Source: Lingula anatina
Lineage: Eukaryota > Animalia > Brachiopoda
Length of the DNA: 64,000 nucleotides
Reading direction: 5' to 3'
Assembly: GCA_051362555.1 (NCBI GenBank)
Contig: CM120640.1
Coordinates: forward strand, 42,944,788-43,008,787
Shown: positions 28,751-39,495 of the stretch, one piece after another
Position numbering within the stretch: position 1 is the stretch's first letter
How the letters are laid out: each line of letters begins with the position of its first letter
Notes under the pieces: generated by a model
What the model saw: the letters and a program-made list of their open reading frames with translations, nothing else
The model's database searches: none
What the model was told of the DNA's origin: nothing
Position numbers and translations under genes: made by a program

Positions 28751-30500
28751 GTATGTATGTATGTTAACACCTACCAGTAAAAAAAGAAGCTATGGAAATG
28801 ACAACAATTCAAATATTCTGATTTTGTGGAATTAAGGTCTTATCACAATAAGTGTTTTATCTTCTGTTTTGTAGGTACGTGTAATTATGCTACAGGGGAC
28901 TTTTCCTGCTTACAGAATTAATTATTTACTGTTTGGACAGTAAGGACACTAAAGAGGTTCTACCTAGAGCACGTGCTCTTAAAGAAAAAATTTGGTGCAC
29001 AATGTCATTGAGCAAATCATGAGTTAGTGAAAAATAGCTTTAAATTTGTTAATTCACTGATGGTGTCGAGCAGGGAGCTCCATTTAGGTGATTTTCTTAC
29101 ATAATTGCGAGGCCATTAAGCTGTCACTCTCTCAAGACAGTATGCTAAAGATGGAACCCTAAGATGAAATGCTCAATGCCAAAATGCTTGTAAATTAACT
29201 ACTAGTAAATAGCCTTACAGTAAATTATACAAGTACCATTTACATATAATCATACAATTTACCTCATATTCATTAACTTTGTCAATGCATATTTCCCTTT
29301 TAGAAATATCGATCACATATTGCAGGAAACCATATCCTATTCCCTTAGCAAACTCCCTACTTGTATCAGCCACTTTTACGATAAGTTTGAAAGTGCTGCT
29401 CAAGAGTTTCCACCTGTGAATGTCATCAGCAAAGTCAACTTCAGGAAACCCTGCCATGTATTTCCTTACTAAAGCCATGCATATCTGTGGGTAATTACAG
29501 TTAACCATTAGCCTTGCCACCACTTCTTCTTCATCAGGGTGTCTCACAAGGACATCAAAAACATTGCTCACACTAACTTGTATCTGCAGAGGACTGAATT
29601 CATTACTTAATAGTTTTGCAGCTTCAATTTCAATAAATTTCTCAATTTCTAGGACATCCATTGGATCGCCGTTGCTAGTGATGGTGACTGTTCTTGTCAT
29701 TGTGTCTGGGGGTTTATCGGAATCTCCTGTGCTGATACCTTGTTCATTGCCCTGCATGTGTTGGAGTACTAGTGGTGCCATCAATGGTTCAGCAGGCACT
29801 TGGGCTTCCTCTTTGTCCAACTGCCCTCCCAACTCATCTTCACCATCACTTTCTTTTTCTGTCAATTTCCTTAAAGCTTCTTTATCTTTCTCCTTTTGTT
29901 CTAGGTCAAGTTTTTCATCCTTGGTAAAACAAAAATTATTCTTCAATTAGAAAAGTGCACTAGAATGGCTTACATTCATTAAACTGATTAAAATTGCAAT
30001 TAAACAGAACCTGTTTTAATGATGTTCCAAATTCTTGAAACTTTCTGTATCCTACTCTTGATATATTAGATTAATTAAAAAAAAAGAACTGAACCTGACC
30101 TTTAATCGATCATTCTCTTCAAATAAAAATCTAAAAAATAAAGCCGTGAAAGCCTTCATGGTAAGATATTACTCTGTAAATCTAGTAAAATACTGTGCCT
30201 TATCCCTAATACTGGCATACATACTAAGAGAATTGCACTAAACTTATAACACCACCAAATAATGTGAGTCTGATAGTACATAAGAAGCCCATGGCAAGAT
30301 TTATTCACCATATCTTCACAGCATTCCTCATCAGAAGCTGTCGCTTGCTCATTTTCCCTCACAACATTTAGACCTTTTTCATTCCCACTATCTTTTTCTG
30401 TATCATCATCCGACTTCTCTTGAATGGAAAATGATCTTTCCAATTGCATTGCTGAATCCTCCTCTGGACTTCTGTTGACTGAGGCCATAATACAAGTCAT
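21371..30500 (-). CDS. Large armadillo-repeat protein with C-terminal TIR (TIR_2-type) domain, ~1431 aa
   Basis: Phase-consistent exons: 30500-30309, 29919-29263, 28401-28062, 27829-27637, 27422-27221, 26732-26396, 25684-25509, 25142-24582, 23956-23402, 23173-22540, 22371-22144, 21591-21371 (4296 nt). TIR motifs YDVMLSY...GLRVWM...AIEQSTMVLMAM...YHTSARCRSEAEYA...VLPMKM...KPCGWMG...MYVDFS. ARM-like helices, e.g. LLRGLCQVAMNDANKVILVYDGIVPIITSLL...LTWLLAF...AQGALFEL. Two acceptors are AAG, so those exact boundaries are less certain. Confidence 0.88.
25221..25249. repeat. (TG)n microsatellite
   Basis: Direct TG run. Confidence 0.9.
28664..28747. repeat. (CA)n microsatellite
   Basis: Long perfect CA run. 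Confidence 0.95.
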
Positions 30501-30916
30501 AAAATATCTGAAACACAAAAATGAACCTGTAATATTATATCGGTACTAGAAAGACAATGTCCCATCAGCTGTACGGATAAATGATTTTAACACAACTTAA
30601 AAGTACCAAACAGTCTACGAGATTACATCACGGTACTGAAATTAACAATACAGAATTGATTAAAGATAAAGTTAAAGATAAAACATTAGCAGAGATAAAT
30701 TTGACTGCAAAAGTGAACTCTTCCCTAGATCTGAATCCCTAAATCGTTAAGCCATCGGGGTCTCGCGCAGTTTAAATAGTGCAATGTTTTGAACTGCATA
30801 GACAAGACTGTGACTAGAGTGATTAGTTTAAGATATATTGTGAAAGTTTTAGTCTAATTCGCCTGTATTTGTTAGTTACAGTCTCTGTATTTGCACTATC
30901 ACTGATGATTACTTAC

Positions 30917-31010
30917 CGACGCTTTTATCATAAAACTGTTGACATTCCCCTTTTGGTTTCACTTTTTGGCGAAAGTGCCCGGAAGTTTTCAATGCCTCTG
31001 GGAATTCCCC
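30917..31010 (-). promoter_or_regulatory. ARM-TIR non-coding first exon/promoter with NF-kB and IRF sites
   Basis: Donor G|GTAAGT at 30917. GGGAATTCCCC (31000-31010) matches the kB consensus. AAAAGTGAAACC on the minus strand (30955-30966) matches the IRF1/2 element. Extra kB-like GGGGAATGTC (30941-30950, minus). Confidence 0.65.
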
Positions 31011-31425
31011 GTGTTCACGGTATAGATGGCAGTTTCTTCCAAGATAAGCCACTATCTAGCATATGCCCAGCTAAAAGCGAGCGCTGGTGAGCTAAACTTA
31101 TTTTATGAAACTGGTGCTGAGTTACTTACTATTTTAGTGGAACATTTTTCTTTCTTTCTTTCTGTCTTTCTTTCTTTGTTTTTGAATGGCCATCCCTTCT
31201 GACGTGTTTCTGTTGAAGACATTTTTAAATAAATTGTTAATTCTTAATGTTCGTTAGCTTTTTCTCTTTGGATGGAAATGGAAACGTGCATAGGGCCTAT
31301 GGTATTTGACTCTAAACTCAAAAACGGATTTATATACATGAATCGTTATTTTCACAACGGTATTTGAAACAGTTTGTATTTTCAGGTTTTTTAAAGTTCA
31401 TCCTTATTTAGTCACTTACGTTATT

Positions 31426-31692
31426 CAGGGGCGGATCCAAGATGATTTGAAGGGGGGGGGGTCCGAGGATGCGAAGCCGACCCCCCCTTTGGCGTGGGGT
31501 TCGGGGGGCGCTTAAGGATCCCGAAAAAAAATGGTATTTAAGAGGGCGAATGGTGCCACTTGGTACAATGTAGAACTATGATTCAGCTAGTCAAAATCAT
31601 AATTTCAAGTGGAGACCATTAGTGTGTTTTTATTCAGTTTCAGAAATCGAAGGGGGGTCAGGAACCCCCTCCCCCTTTTAAATCCGCCACTG
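31426..31692. mobile_element. Non-autonomous DNA transposon (MITE), CAGGGGCGGAT...ATCCGCCACTG family
   Basis: TIRs present; near target duplication GTTATT/GCTATT; internal sequence shared with the copy at 43610-43910. Confidence 0.8.
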
Positions 31693-31814
31693 GCTATTGG
31701 AACAATTATTTACAATTTAATCATTAAAATAATAATATCTTCGGTCCCATTTATACATCACATCTCATCCATTCATTTATTCATCATCAGTCATTTATTA
31801 TTAATATGATGTGA

Positions 31815-32000
31815 GGGAGTATCGGTGTGGGGGAGTAACGTTGCGTCCACATCGGCAATTTTACAGGGGATGTAGGCCTATCGATGCGGTGATCTATCGG
31901 CGTAGTGTCGTATCGATGCGCATAATAGCCTACAAAAAATTACTAAGGGGGGTTATTGGTGCGGGGGAGTAACGATGCGGGGGAGTATCGACATGATCCC
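31815..32000. repeat. Array of ~16-bp GGGAGTATCGATGCGG-type repeats ending in ATCGACATGATCCC; probable DNA-transposon end
   Basis: Repeated GGGAGTA(T/A)CG(A/G/T)TG(C/T)G units, CpG-rich; family not identified. Confidence 0.55.
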
Positions 32001-32658
32001 ACACCGCATACGTGACCGGAGTGTCGATTGCAGTCTACATACTGTACAAGTCGCCTTTGTGGTTTTATTGTCAACACACACCAGTCATCTTATCATTAAG
32101 AAATATGACGATCATCCATCCGTTTAATGTATAATCGATTGTAGCAAAACTGAATTTTGAATAACAGAATATTTATTATTTTTATTTTATTATTTTTTAC
32201 TTAACCTTTAAGCCTGGTTGTGCTCGTCTATAAGTTCTTCGGCTTCTTTTCTAATAAAATTACTCATCATGTTCATTTATTTGTGTTTTCAAATGGTGTT
32301 TTTCAAAAAGAATGACGATCTTGATTTGAAAATATTTTTTTTATACTGGAGCCTAGTTTACATTAGTCAACGCTATGTTTGTAGAGTAAAGCAATAATCA
32401 TGAATCATTTTACTTTCATTTTGCTTTTATAATTGTTATCTTATTAATTTGCTAACTGGATAATCAATTATTAGATGGACTTGAGAATTTTGACACCAGT
32501 GTCAGTACAATCACAGAGGTTTTTTGAAATACGATATATAATATAGTAGGCCTATAGACGTCCCGGGTACAATGGACTATGATCAATAAGTAAAGTAGGA
32601 CAACCTTTAACCTGACAAGCAACGATTAGATATGATTAGAATGTCGTCATAGTTAAGG

Positions 32659-32755
32659 TGGAAATACCGTGGTTTCGGTTATTCTGCATAAAAATAGCGG
32701 TCGATCCAGAGAGTTTCGCTCAAGGACACTGAAGAACAGAAGACAAAGAGCTAAG
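32659..32755 (+). promoter_or_regulatory. Promoter and non-coding exon 1 of the membrane-protein gene
   Basis: Rel-like TGGAAATACC (32659-32668), IRF-like GGTTTCGGTT (32671-32680), TATA-like CATAAAAA (32687-32694), donor AAG|GTACGT at 32755; matching acceptor TTTTCATTTCCAG at 33115. Confidence 0.55.
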
Positions 32756-33148
32756 GTACGTAGTCAATGAGTGAACAATAAGTGATCAGTGAAACTACAC
32801 TGACGACTGACTGGTTCTTACCATTTTGGGGCTGGCTCTTGTAAATTGCAGTGTTGATGAAATGTCGGCCCACTTCCGCGTTTTGTCATCCTCTGCCTTC
32901 TGAGTTTCCATGCACATTTTAATAGAGTAAATCAGCAGCTTGAAGCAATCTTTGATGTTCAGTCAGCGTTAATTACCTCCGCCAAGGAGGTTATGTTTAT
33001 GGGTTAGTTTCGTTTCGCATCCCGTTGAATTTTCAGTGGTAGCGTAGGTCTACTAGTTAGTACATCGCGTGATCGGCTGTTCCAGCTGAGCAAGGCCGTT
33101 TATTTTCATTTCCAGCCAAACGCCGTGGTAGGACATAGGACTACTGCC

Positions 33149-35351
33149 ATGGATATTTGGTAAGTGTATTAATTATGTTCAGGAACGATATAAGGGTTCG
33201 AAAGCCTCTCATGTAAAACACCCGCTGCCAAATTTTTATCTTCGCCAAGGAGGTTGTTTTCACCCCTGTGTGTTTGTTTGTCCGTCTGTCTATCATCAAC
33301 ATAACTTAAAAAGTTATGGACTGATTTTGATTAAATTTTCAGGAACTGTCAGAAGTGGGCCAAGGAACAGATGATTAGTTTTTGGTGGTGATCCGGATCA
33401 ATAATCAATCAATAATAAAAAATATAGAAAATTTAGGGGTGAAACGGCATTAGATGGAGACTTTTCTGCCTTGGCGGAGGTCTGCGCTCTCTGAGTGCTT
33501 TTCTAGTCATGTTATTTAGTATAGAATTACAAATTAACTCTACAATCCTTTACTTTCTCATGAACTTTGAACTTTATTCGATTTGATGTGCCTCTCTACT
33601 GCAGATTTAATTCTTTATCTTGTGTGTACGTAAGTCTCCCTGACGTTCACAGATAAATAGTGGTACCCTCTACCAGGGTGACAGATTATATAGGGAAAAT
33701 GGGAAAATCCAGAGATAGTCAAATGACCGTCTATTTATCTAAAGGCATATCTGTGAATATCCTGTGAAAAGTCAATCTGTGGCCTTGGTAGAGGGTAGGA
33801 CAGTGGTAACTCGCCTCTCTACTGTCGGTGTACTACATGTATCAACACATCCATGCCGTGCTGGAATCGACCGAGGCATATAACTGATAGTAAAGAGGTT
33901 TGTTTTCAGTGCCCTTAAAACACAAGGTGACGTCAGCAAGATTACGATTAAAACGTACCAAAGTCCACAACTTATTTTTACAGGCAAATCTCGGGATATG
34001 CAGATTTTTTAAACCATTTTTCGTCATTTATCCCGGACATCTCCAGAAGTGGAACATCGACAGAAACCAAAGAAACCAAAGAATCTTGCGACCTCATCCG
34101 AAATAAGCTTCAGGAATGTGACGACAAACTGCAGTATATGCATATGCAATTATGGTGGTGCTATTCGCTCATTGCATTTTTAGTCATAGTGATATTTATT
34201 GCAATGGTCTTAGCATACTTGCTAAAAATCCAACCCTGCAATGCCAAGAAAACCTGGCGACCGCAAGTGACCGAGAGACCAACGTTCGCTGTCGTTCCAC
34301 GGACTTTACATGTAAATGTTATACTATTATTGAAGCTGGAATGATTGACGGACGCTTAAGGCGTCTCTTTCAGGAGTTTATTGTTGTTTATTGCTATCTT
34401 TCAAGAGTTTATTGCTGTACAAGTAAAAAAAAAAAAAACAGAATGAGTTATGCCAATTCACAGCGGTGTACCGTTTTCCATATTGATAGCGAGACATAAC
34501 ACAGGTTTATTGTACTTTCAATTATTTCAATATTTTGACCGTATGATATAAATCCTCTGTTTTCAGTATGAGGTCCCAGACCGCCCAATAGACACCTGCG
34601 ACCTTGCTTGCATATGCCAGTCCCGCGAAACCAAGGATCGTGTAAAAACTACACTTCTTCCCCAAATTATAGAGAGGTTGCCCTTTTTGACATCCAAGAC
34701 CATCATAACTACCAAAGTAATGGTAGAAGAAGCCCACCTCATTCCAAGAGCAATGGTCTACCTCGTGTTTATTGACTGGAATACACGTGGTATTATAATA
34801 GAGAGCCCAAATGATCCACTACAAGGAAGTCTAGGAAGACGGATAGTGGAGGCTGTGAAAACTAGAGGAGGTATATCTATCACTTCTGGTTTACCGAGTT
34901 TTCTTTTTATACTATATAGAATCCTATTAAGATTCGACACAGGGTTTTTTTTATAATCAGGTTATTTGAGTTACATTAGTAATGAAATGGCAAATGTTTA
35001 TTTTAAGTACAATTTTCACCCAGTTACACGGCGTTTTTAACCATAACAATATACAGATAAAGACTTTTTTCAAAATTAGATATTTAAGAACTAACTAAAA
35101 ATCAAATTGTGTTTCAGTCATTTAAAAACAACCGTACATTTGTTTCAGGGCACCTTTTTGTAATTTACATCGGCCATCGTGAATCTCGCACTCTGGACAC
35201 CCTTTATGACGAACGAATCCAAACAACGAGGACTAATGATCATTTGCGGCCTCTCGCGTCCAGCGACAGGTTCATCAGCATGCACAGACAATTTAATGAA
35301 CTTCAGCTAGAAACGCTCTGCCAAGTGTTCAAAGATACATTCATTCTGTAA
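33149..35351 (+). CDS. Single-pass membrane protein, 281 aa, with a C-terminal alpha/beta (possibly TIR/SEFIR-like) domain
   Basis: Kozak GCCATGG. Exons 33149-33159, 33984-34311, 34567-34870, 35149-35351 join in phase (2, 0, 1) with no stops (846 nt): MDIWQISGYADFLNHF...SCDLIRNKLQECDDKLQYMHMQL-WWCYSLIAFLVIVIFIAMVLAYLL-KIQPCNAKK...CDLACICQS...AMVYLVFIDWNTRGIIIESP...RRIVEAVKTRGGHLFVIYIGH...DRFISMHRQFNELQLETLCQVFKDTFIL*. Confidence 0.8.
33237..33507 (+). mobile_element. Helentron/HINE-like non-autonomous element
   Basis: Sub-terminal inverted repeat TCGCCAAGG...CCTTGGCGGA, internal TGTC/TGTT microsatellite, 3' GCGCTCTCTGAGTGC hairpin then CTAGT. A 5' stub (TTACCTCCGCCAAGGAGGTTATGTTT) lies at 32973-32998. 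Confidence 0.8.
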
Positions 35352-35444
35352 AAGAGAATGTTATTGAACTTGTAGGCATTGTTATAATATATTGAATTAA
35401 TTGTATGCAGAAAAGAATCTGTATGCTTTATAGACACACCCAAA

Positions 35445-35522
35445 TAATAATAATAATAATAAACTTTATTTAAAGAAGGTAAAACATGTTAAGTGCATAC
35501 ACTTTTCTTAAACATGGCCCTC
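35445..35522 (-). mobile_element. Probable 3' end of an L2/CR1-type LINE
   Basis: Minus-strand GAGGGCCATG...AATAAAG followed by an (ATT)n tail; family assignment is from pattern recall only. Confidence 0.35.
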
Positions 35523-35838
35523 TGGGGAGTTAAAATATTGTGTTAATGAATAAAAGATGAATAAATTTATCAAATTAAAATAATAATGGAGTAAAAATGG
35601 ATCGAGTTAAAAGTAATAATAATAGACACTCAATATACATGTACTTTAATGCCTAATATTAAGGTTAAAGGATAAAACAATTAAATACGTTATTTTACAT
35701 TTCATTTCAAAAATAACTTTTTGTTTTACTTTACCCATAACTGTCACTTTGCTTCTTTCAAAAACTTAAATATTAAATGAAGTGGTGGTTCTGACACTTG
35801 AGCGGCTCTCCTTGTGCTTAGTTATATGTATTCTATCC

Positions 35839-35848
35839 GGGATTTTCC
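35839..35848 (+). promoter_or_regulatory. NF-kB consensus site upstream of the IFI44-like gene
   Basis: GGGATTTTCC; candidate exon-1 donor AAG|GTAACA at 36020 and acceptor at 36684. Confidence 0.45.
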
Positions 35849-36730
35849 GCCAAACTGAATTATCCTCGAAAAAAAAAGCAATTTCTCCTACTCAAAAGTC
35901 ATTGCTCGACCAGTCCCTGCACTTGGATTCCATTTTTTATACCATATCTAATTAAATGACTTAGTTCTGAATGGCTGGCCAATTATTGACACCGATGTGT
36001 CCTCCTGTGCATTTCAGAAGGTAACATCGATAGTAGGTACTTTTACTTGAGGGGGTTTTAAGGCCTGGCTTTTGAAAAATAACTAGTTTTGTAAAATAAG
36101 TAGGCAATAAATGTGACTTTGGGGCATTTTAAATTCGTAGTGACCATTCCCACAGATATTTGGATCGATCTATCTCCCTGGAGAGTCTCACTAAATTGCT
36201 ATCAACGTAACCGGCTTAAATGTCTGTCTATAAGCGTCTATGGAGGATCCATGAAAAGGCACAGCAGGCTCGTGCCACCCCATCCCCCAAGCTTTGAGGG
36301 TGCCTTCTCCCTCCCCAAACGGTATAAGCAAACAAAACCAAGCAATTTCCACCCCCGGACCCTTTATATTATAGCAAATTGTCTACCGGTCTGCTGTTAA
36401 CTAGAGTCCCCCCCCCCAAGCAGAATCCTGAATCCGCCAGTGACCTCAGTGACATTTAACTGATTCATCAAATCTGATTTATCAGGCTATTTATGATGTC
36501 ATTTCTCTACGTTTTTCCCCAATAATGTAACCTTTTACCTTGAAACAAAAGTGCTTTCTCACCCGATGTCGCGCCATGATGCGCTTGAGATTCTTTTTGT
36601 AAACGGAATGTTTTTTTTTATTTGTTGTTGTTATTCATTTAATTATGATATGGTGTATGATATACCAGTCGCAATTCTTTCCAGGTAAAGGGGATAAAAG
36701 TAACGCAGCAAATGTAAAAAAAATACCACC

Positions 36731-38066
36731 ATGAGCAGCAAATTTGAGACATCCCAAGCAGCACAGGTGGGCTTTTTACACATCATTATTAACACGCATC
36801 TTAGAAAAAGTATACTTACGGCATAATTAGTTACTGGAAGTGAATGTTTTATTTCGGGGAAAAATTATTTTCGAAATTATCACATTATAGGCTGACAGTG
36901 AAGAAAATACAGAAAATGAAATAGAGGAGAAGTGTGAAATAATTCGCCAGCGCATAATAGAGAAATGTGAAAAGCAGTTAGATCTCAGGCAACGACGCAT
37001 CATATTAATTGGTCCCCCGGGAGCAGGGAAAAGTTCCTTTGTGAATAGCATCGCTGCAGCAATGAGTAAATCATTCAGTATGGTCGCAGAAGCCGGATCC
37101 TTTGGAGACAGCAGAGGGGACGCTGAGTCTGGCATTACCCTCTACCTTAGTGACTTTCTCAACCTTGGCCTTGAGGAGTCCAAATTCGACGACTTGCCCA
37201 CTTTGATTGACCTGACCGGGCTGCCAAACAACGAAAGATTAGACCTGCTCCAAGAGGTGTTGAGCATCGTCATATATGGACGTCTCCCTGAAAACGAGCG
37301 CGTCCAAGCTTTGTTCGACTTCGTTTACAGAGAGGGCAACGGTGTCAAGGATTTGCGCCTCAAGTATCCGGAGACACGCGAGTCCCGAGACCTGGAAGCC
37401 ACGTGCATTGTGTTTGTCCTGAACGCTGATTCTGACAATGTGCCCGAGAGTTTAATGAAAGCAGTGACAACAGTCGTCATGAATGGTCCCAGGCGTGAGT
37501 GATACTTTTTTCAGATATAAACTTTAAGTACTTGTAATAATATCATTTCTGAGAAAATTGTAATGTTTGCATATTATTGGTTGTCATTTGTCACATTCAT
37601 CACTTTCCTATCCTTTTTATGCGCATGTTTTGTTTTGTGTTTTGCAGAAATACGAATTTTCGGGCTCATCACTAAGAAAGACTTGGCGGAGAATGAGGAG
37701 GGATACCCAAGACTAAGAGAAGCGCTAGTCTCTAATTTGGGCTTGGTTGGGGTGACAAATCAACGCCTTGGAGAAGTAAAATGCTACTGCGATGCTAATT
37801 GTCAACCACCACGGCAACCTTGGCACTATCCGGCGCTCGACTTACCAATCTTAGAGTTCCTGGAACTCCTCCTTGACCCGGCCAACAGAGCAATAGACCG
37901 CCAAAAACCCTCCGGCCGCCGCTTGAGAAAGCCTCCAATGTCTTGGAATGGAAAAATGTGCCTGCTCTCCATCTTTATAGCTTTAGTTGCTGTCATATTA
38001 TTTGCGGTATTTTCTAATCCCTCGAAACACCCTACAGGCAATAAAGGCAACAACTGGGGCTTTTAA
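36731..38066 (+). CDS. IFI44/IFI44L-like P-loop GTPase without TLDc domain and with a C-terminal transmembrane segment, 352 aa
   Basis: Kozak CCACCATG; exons 36731-36766, 36891-37494, 37648-38066 in phase. G1 RIILIGPPGAGKSSFVNS, G2 SGIT, G3 LIDLTGL, IVYGRLP, CIVFVLNA, G4 LITKKD are all IFI44-family-like. Hydrophobic tail CLLSIFIALVAVILFAVF. Confidence 0.85.
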
Positions 38067-38311
38067 CCCGTTTTGATCATTCGCAAATAGACTTGCAGTT
38101 TTGGTAATACAAAGAGACCTACGTGATGTACACGAAAGGAATGGATCCTATATACTCATTACTCTTGAAGAAATCTGATTCATTATGATACCTTATGAAA
38201 TAACACATGACTCTAAGTAATAGGTCAGTGTCAACTGCTTTTGTCTTTAGAAGCGATTGGATGAGCACACACCAGAGATGACTGCCTGTTTGTCTGATTA
38301 TTTTTATTTTT

Positions 38312-38342
<31 letters not shown>

Positions 38343-38442
38343 TATTATTATTTATTTTTTTATTTATTTTTTTTTTTTTGAAGCAACGATATTTGAAAGT
38401 TTTGACTTGTAAAATAACTATAACTGTTTAACCATTATTGAA

Positions 38443-38744
38443 ACTAGAGAAGCACTCCGAGAGCGCAGACCTCCGCCATGGCAGCAAAGTCTCCCCCCAA
38501 TGCCGTTTCACCCCTAAATTTTCATTCTATAATGATTTAGTTTTTTATTTTTTATTATTGATTATTGACTGATTATTGATCTAGATCACCACCAAAAACT
38601 AATCACTTCTAAGTTAACCCATTTCTGACCTACCCTGAAAATTCCATCGAAATTCATCCATAACTTTTTGAGTTATGTTGATGACAAACAGACAGACAGA
38701 CAGACAAACAGGGGTGAAAACATAACCTCCTTGGCGGAGGTAAT
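38443..38744 (-). mobile_element. Helentron/HINE-like element, second copy, inverted relative to 33237-33507
   Basis: ACTAGAGAAGCACTCCGAGAGCGCAGACCTCCGCCATGG ... (GACA)n GGGGTGAAAACATAACCTCCTTGGCGGAGGTAAT. Confidence 0.85.
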
Positions 38745-39495
38745 TAATTTAATGCTAGTGTTCACTTGTCGACATCAATAAGAAGACAGGTTGTTTTAAA
38801 CACCCACATGAGCAATATTATCAATATAATTCGACTAATAGACGTATTATAGAAGACCGCTGTCATCTTACACTAGATAATTTTCTGGCTACAGTTTAGA
38901 CCCAGACGTGCATCCAAATGAAGATTAAAATTCGCATATCTGCTTACATTATGATACACACAAAATTGTTTGTAGTAGTAACCGGTAAAAAAGCATGTTG
39001 TTAGAACACTTTTTGCCATAAAAATTAAACGAATCATACGTAGGTGCTGTGAATTTACATGTACATATTTTCAGTGTTACATGTAGGTTGGGAACCGATA
39101 AAACTAATAACAAATTTCATATACTTTTTCTGTGTTTAGTTTCTATGACTTATTGTCCGTTGGAGGCTTTTTCATCAGTTCGATACTATATAAATCACTC
39201 AGTTTTTGAACAATAAAGCTACAAAAAAAAAAAAAAAAAAAAAAAAAAAACAGGGATTGATTATCTTTTTACGCGTATACATGTAGTAACTCATCAAATG
39301 AAAAAAAAAACGCTTCACCAGTTTTACTCTCATACATTATGACCTATGGGGCCTACTTTAATCTTATGCCGCTTGTTTTTCGTGAATATCAAAGAGCACG
39401 CCATATAATACAGTGGCGGTAGAAGCATATCCGGCTCTCTGCATCTTCGGTCTGCAGTTGGAGCACGTAAACTGAAAGAAGTGAAGTCTTGCAGT

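Noticed and set aside
29564-29950. 128-aa Ser-rich plus-strand ORF
   Set aside because: Antisense shadow of an ARM-TIR exon.
31815-32000. Short spaced repeats (also 60253-60350) resembling a CRISPR array
   Set aside because: Irregular spacing, degenerate units, no cas genes, eukaryotic context; better explained as transposon sub-terminal repeats.
33102-33115. TTTTCATTTCC as an IRF site
   Set aside because: Explained as the polypyrimidine tract of the acceptor at 33115.
39212-39250. AATAAA followed by a long genomic poly(A) after the IFI44-like gene, suggesting a retrocopy
   Set aside because: The gene has introns, the spacing is only 5 nt, and long A runs are common throughout the window.
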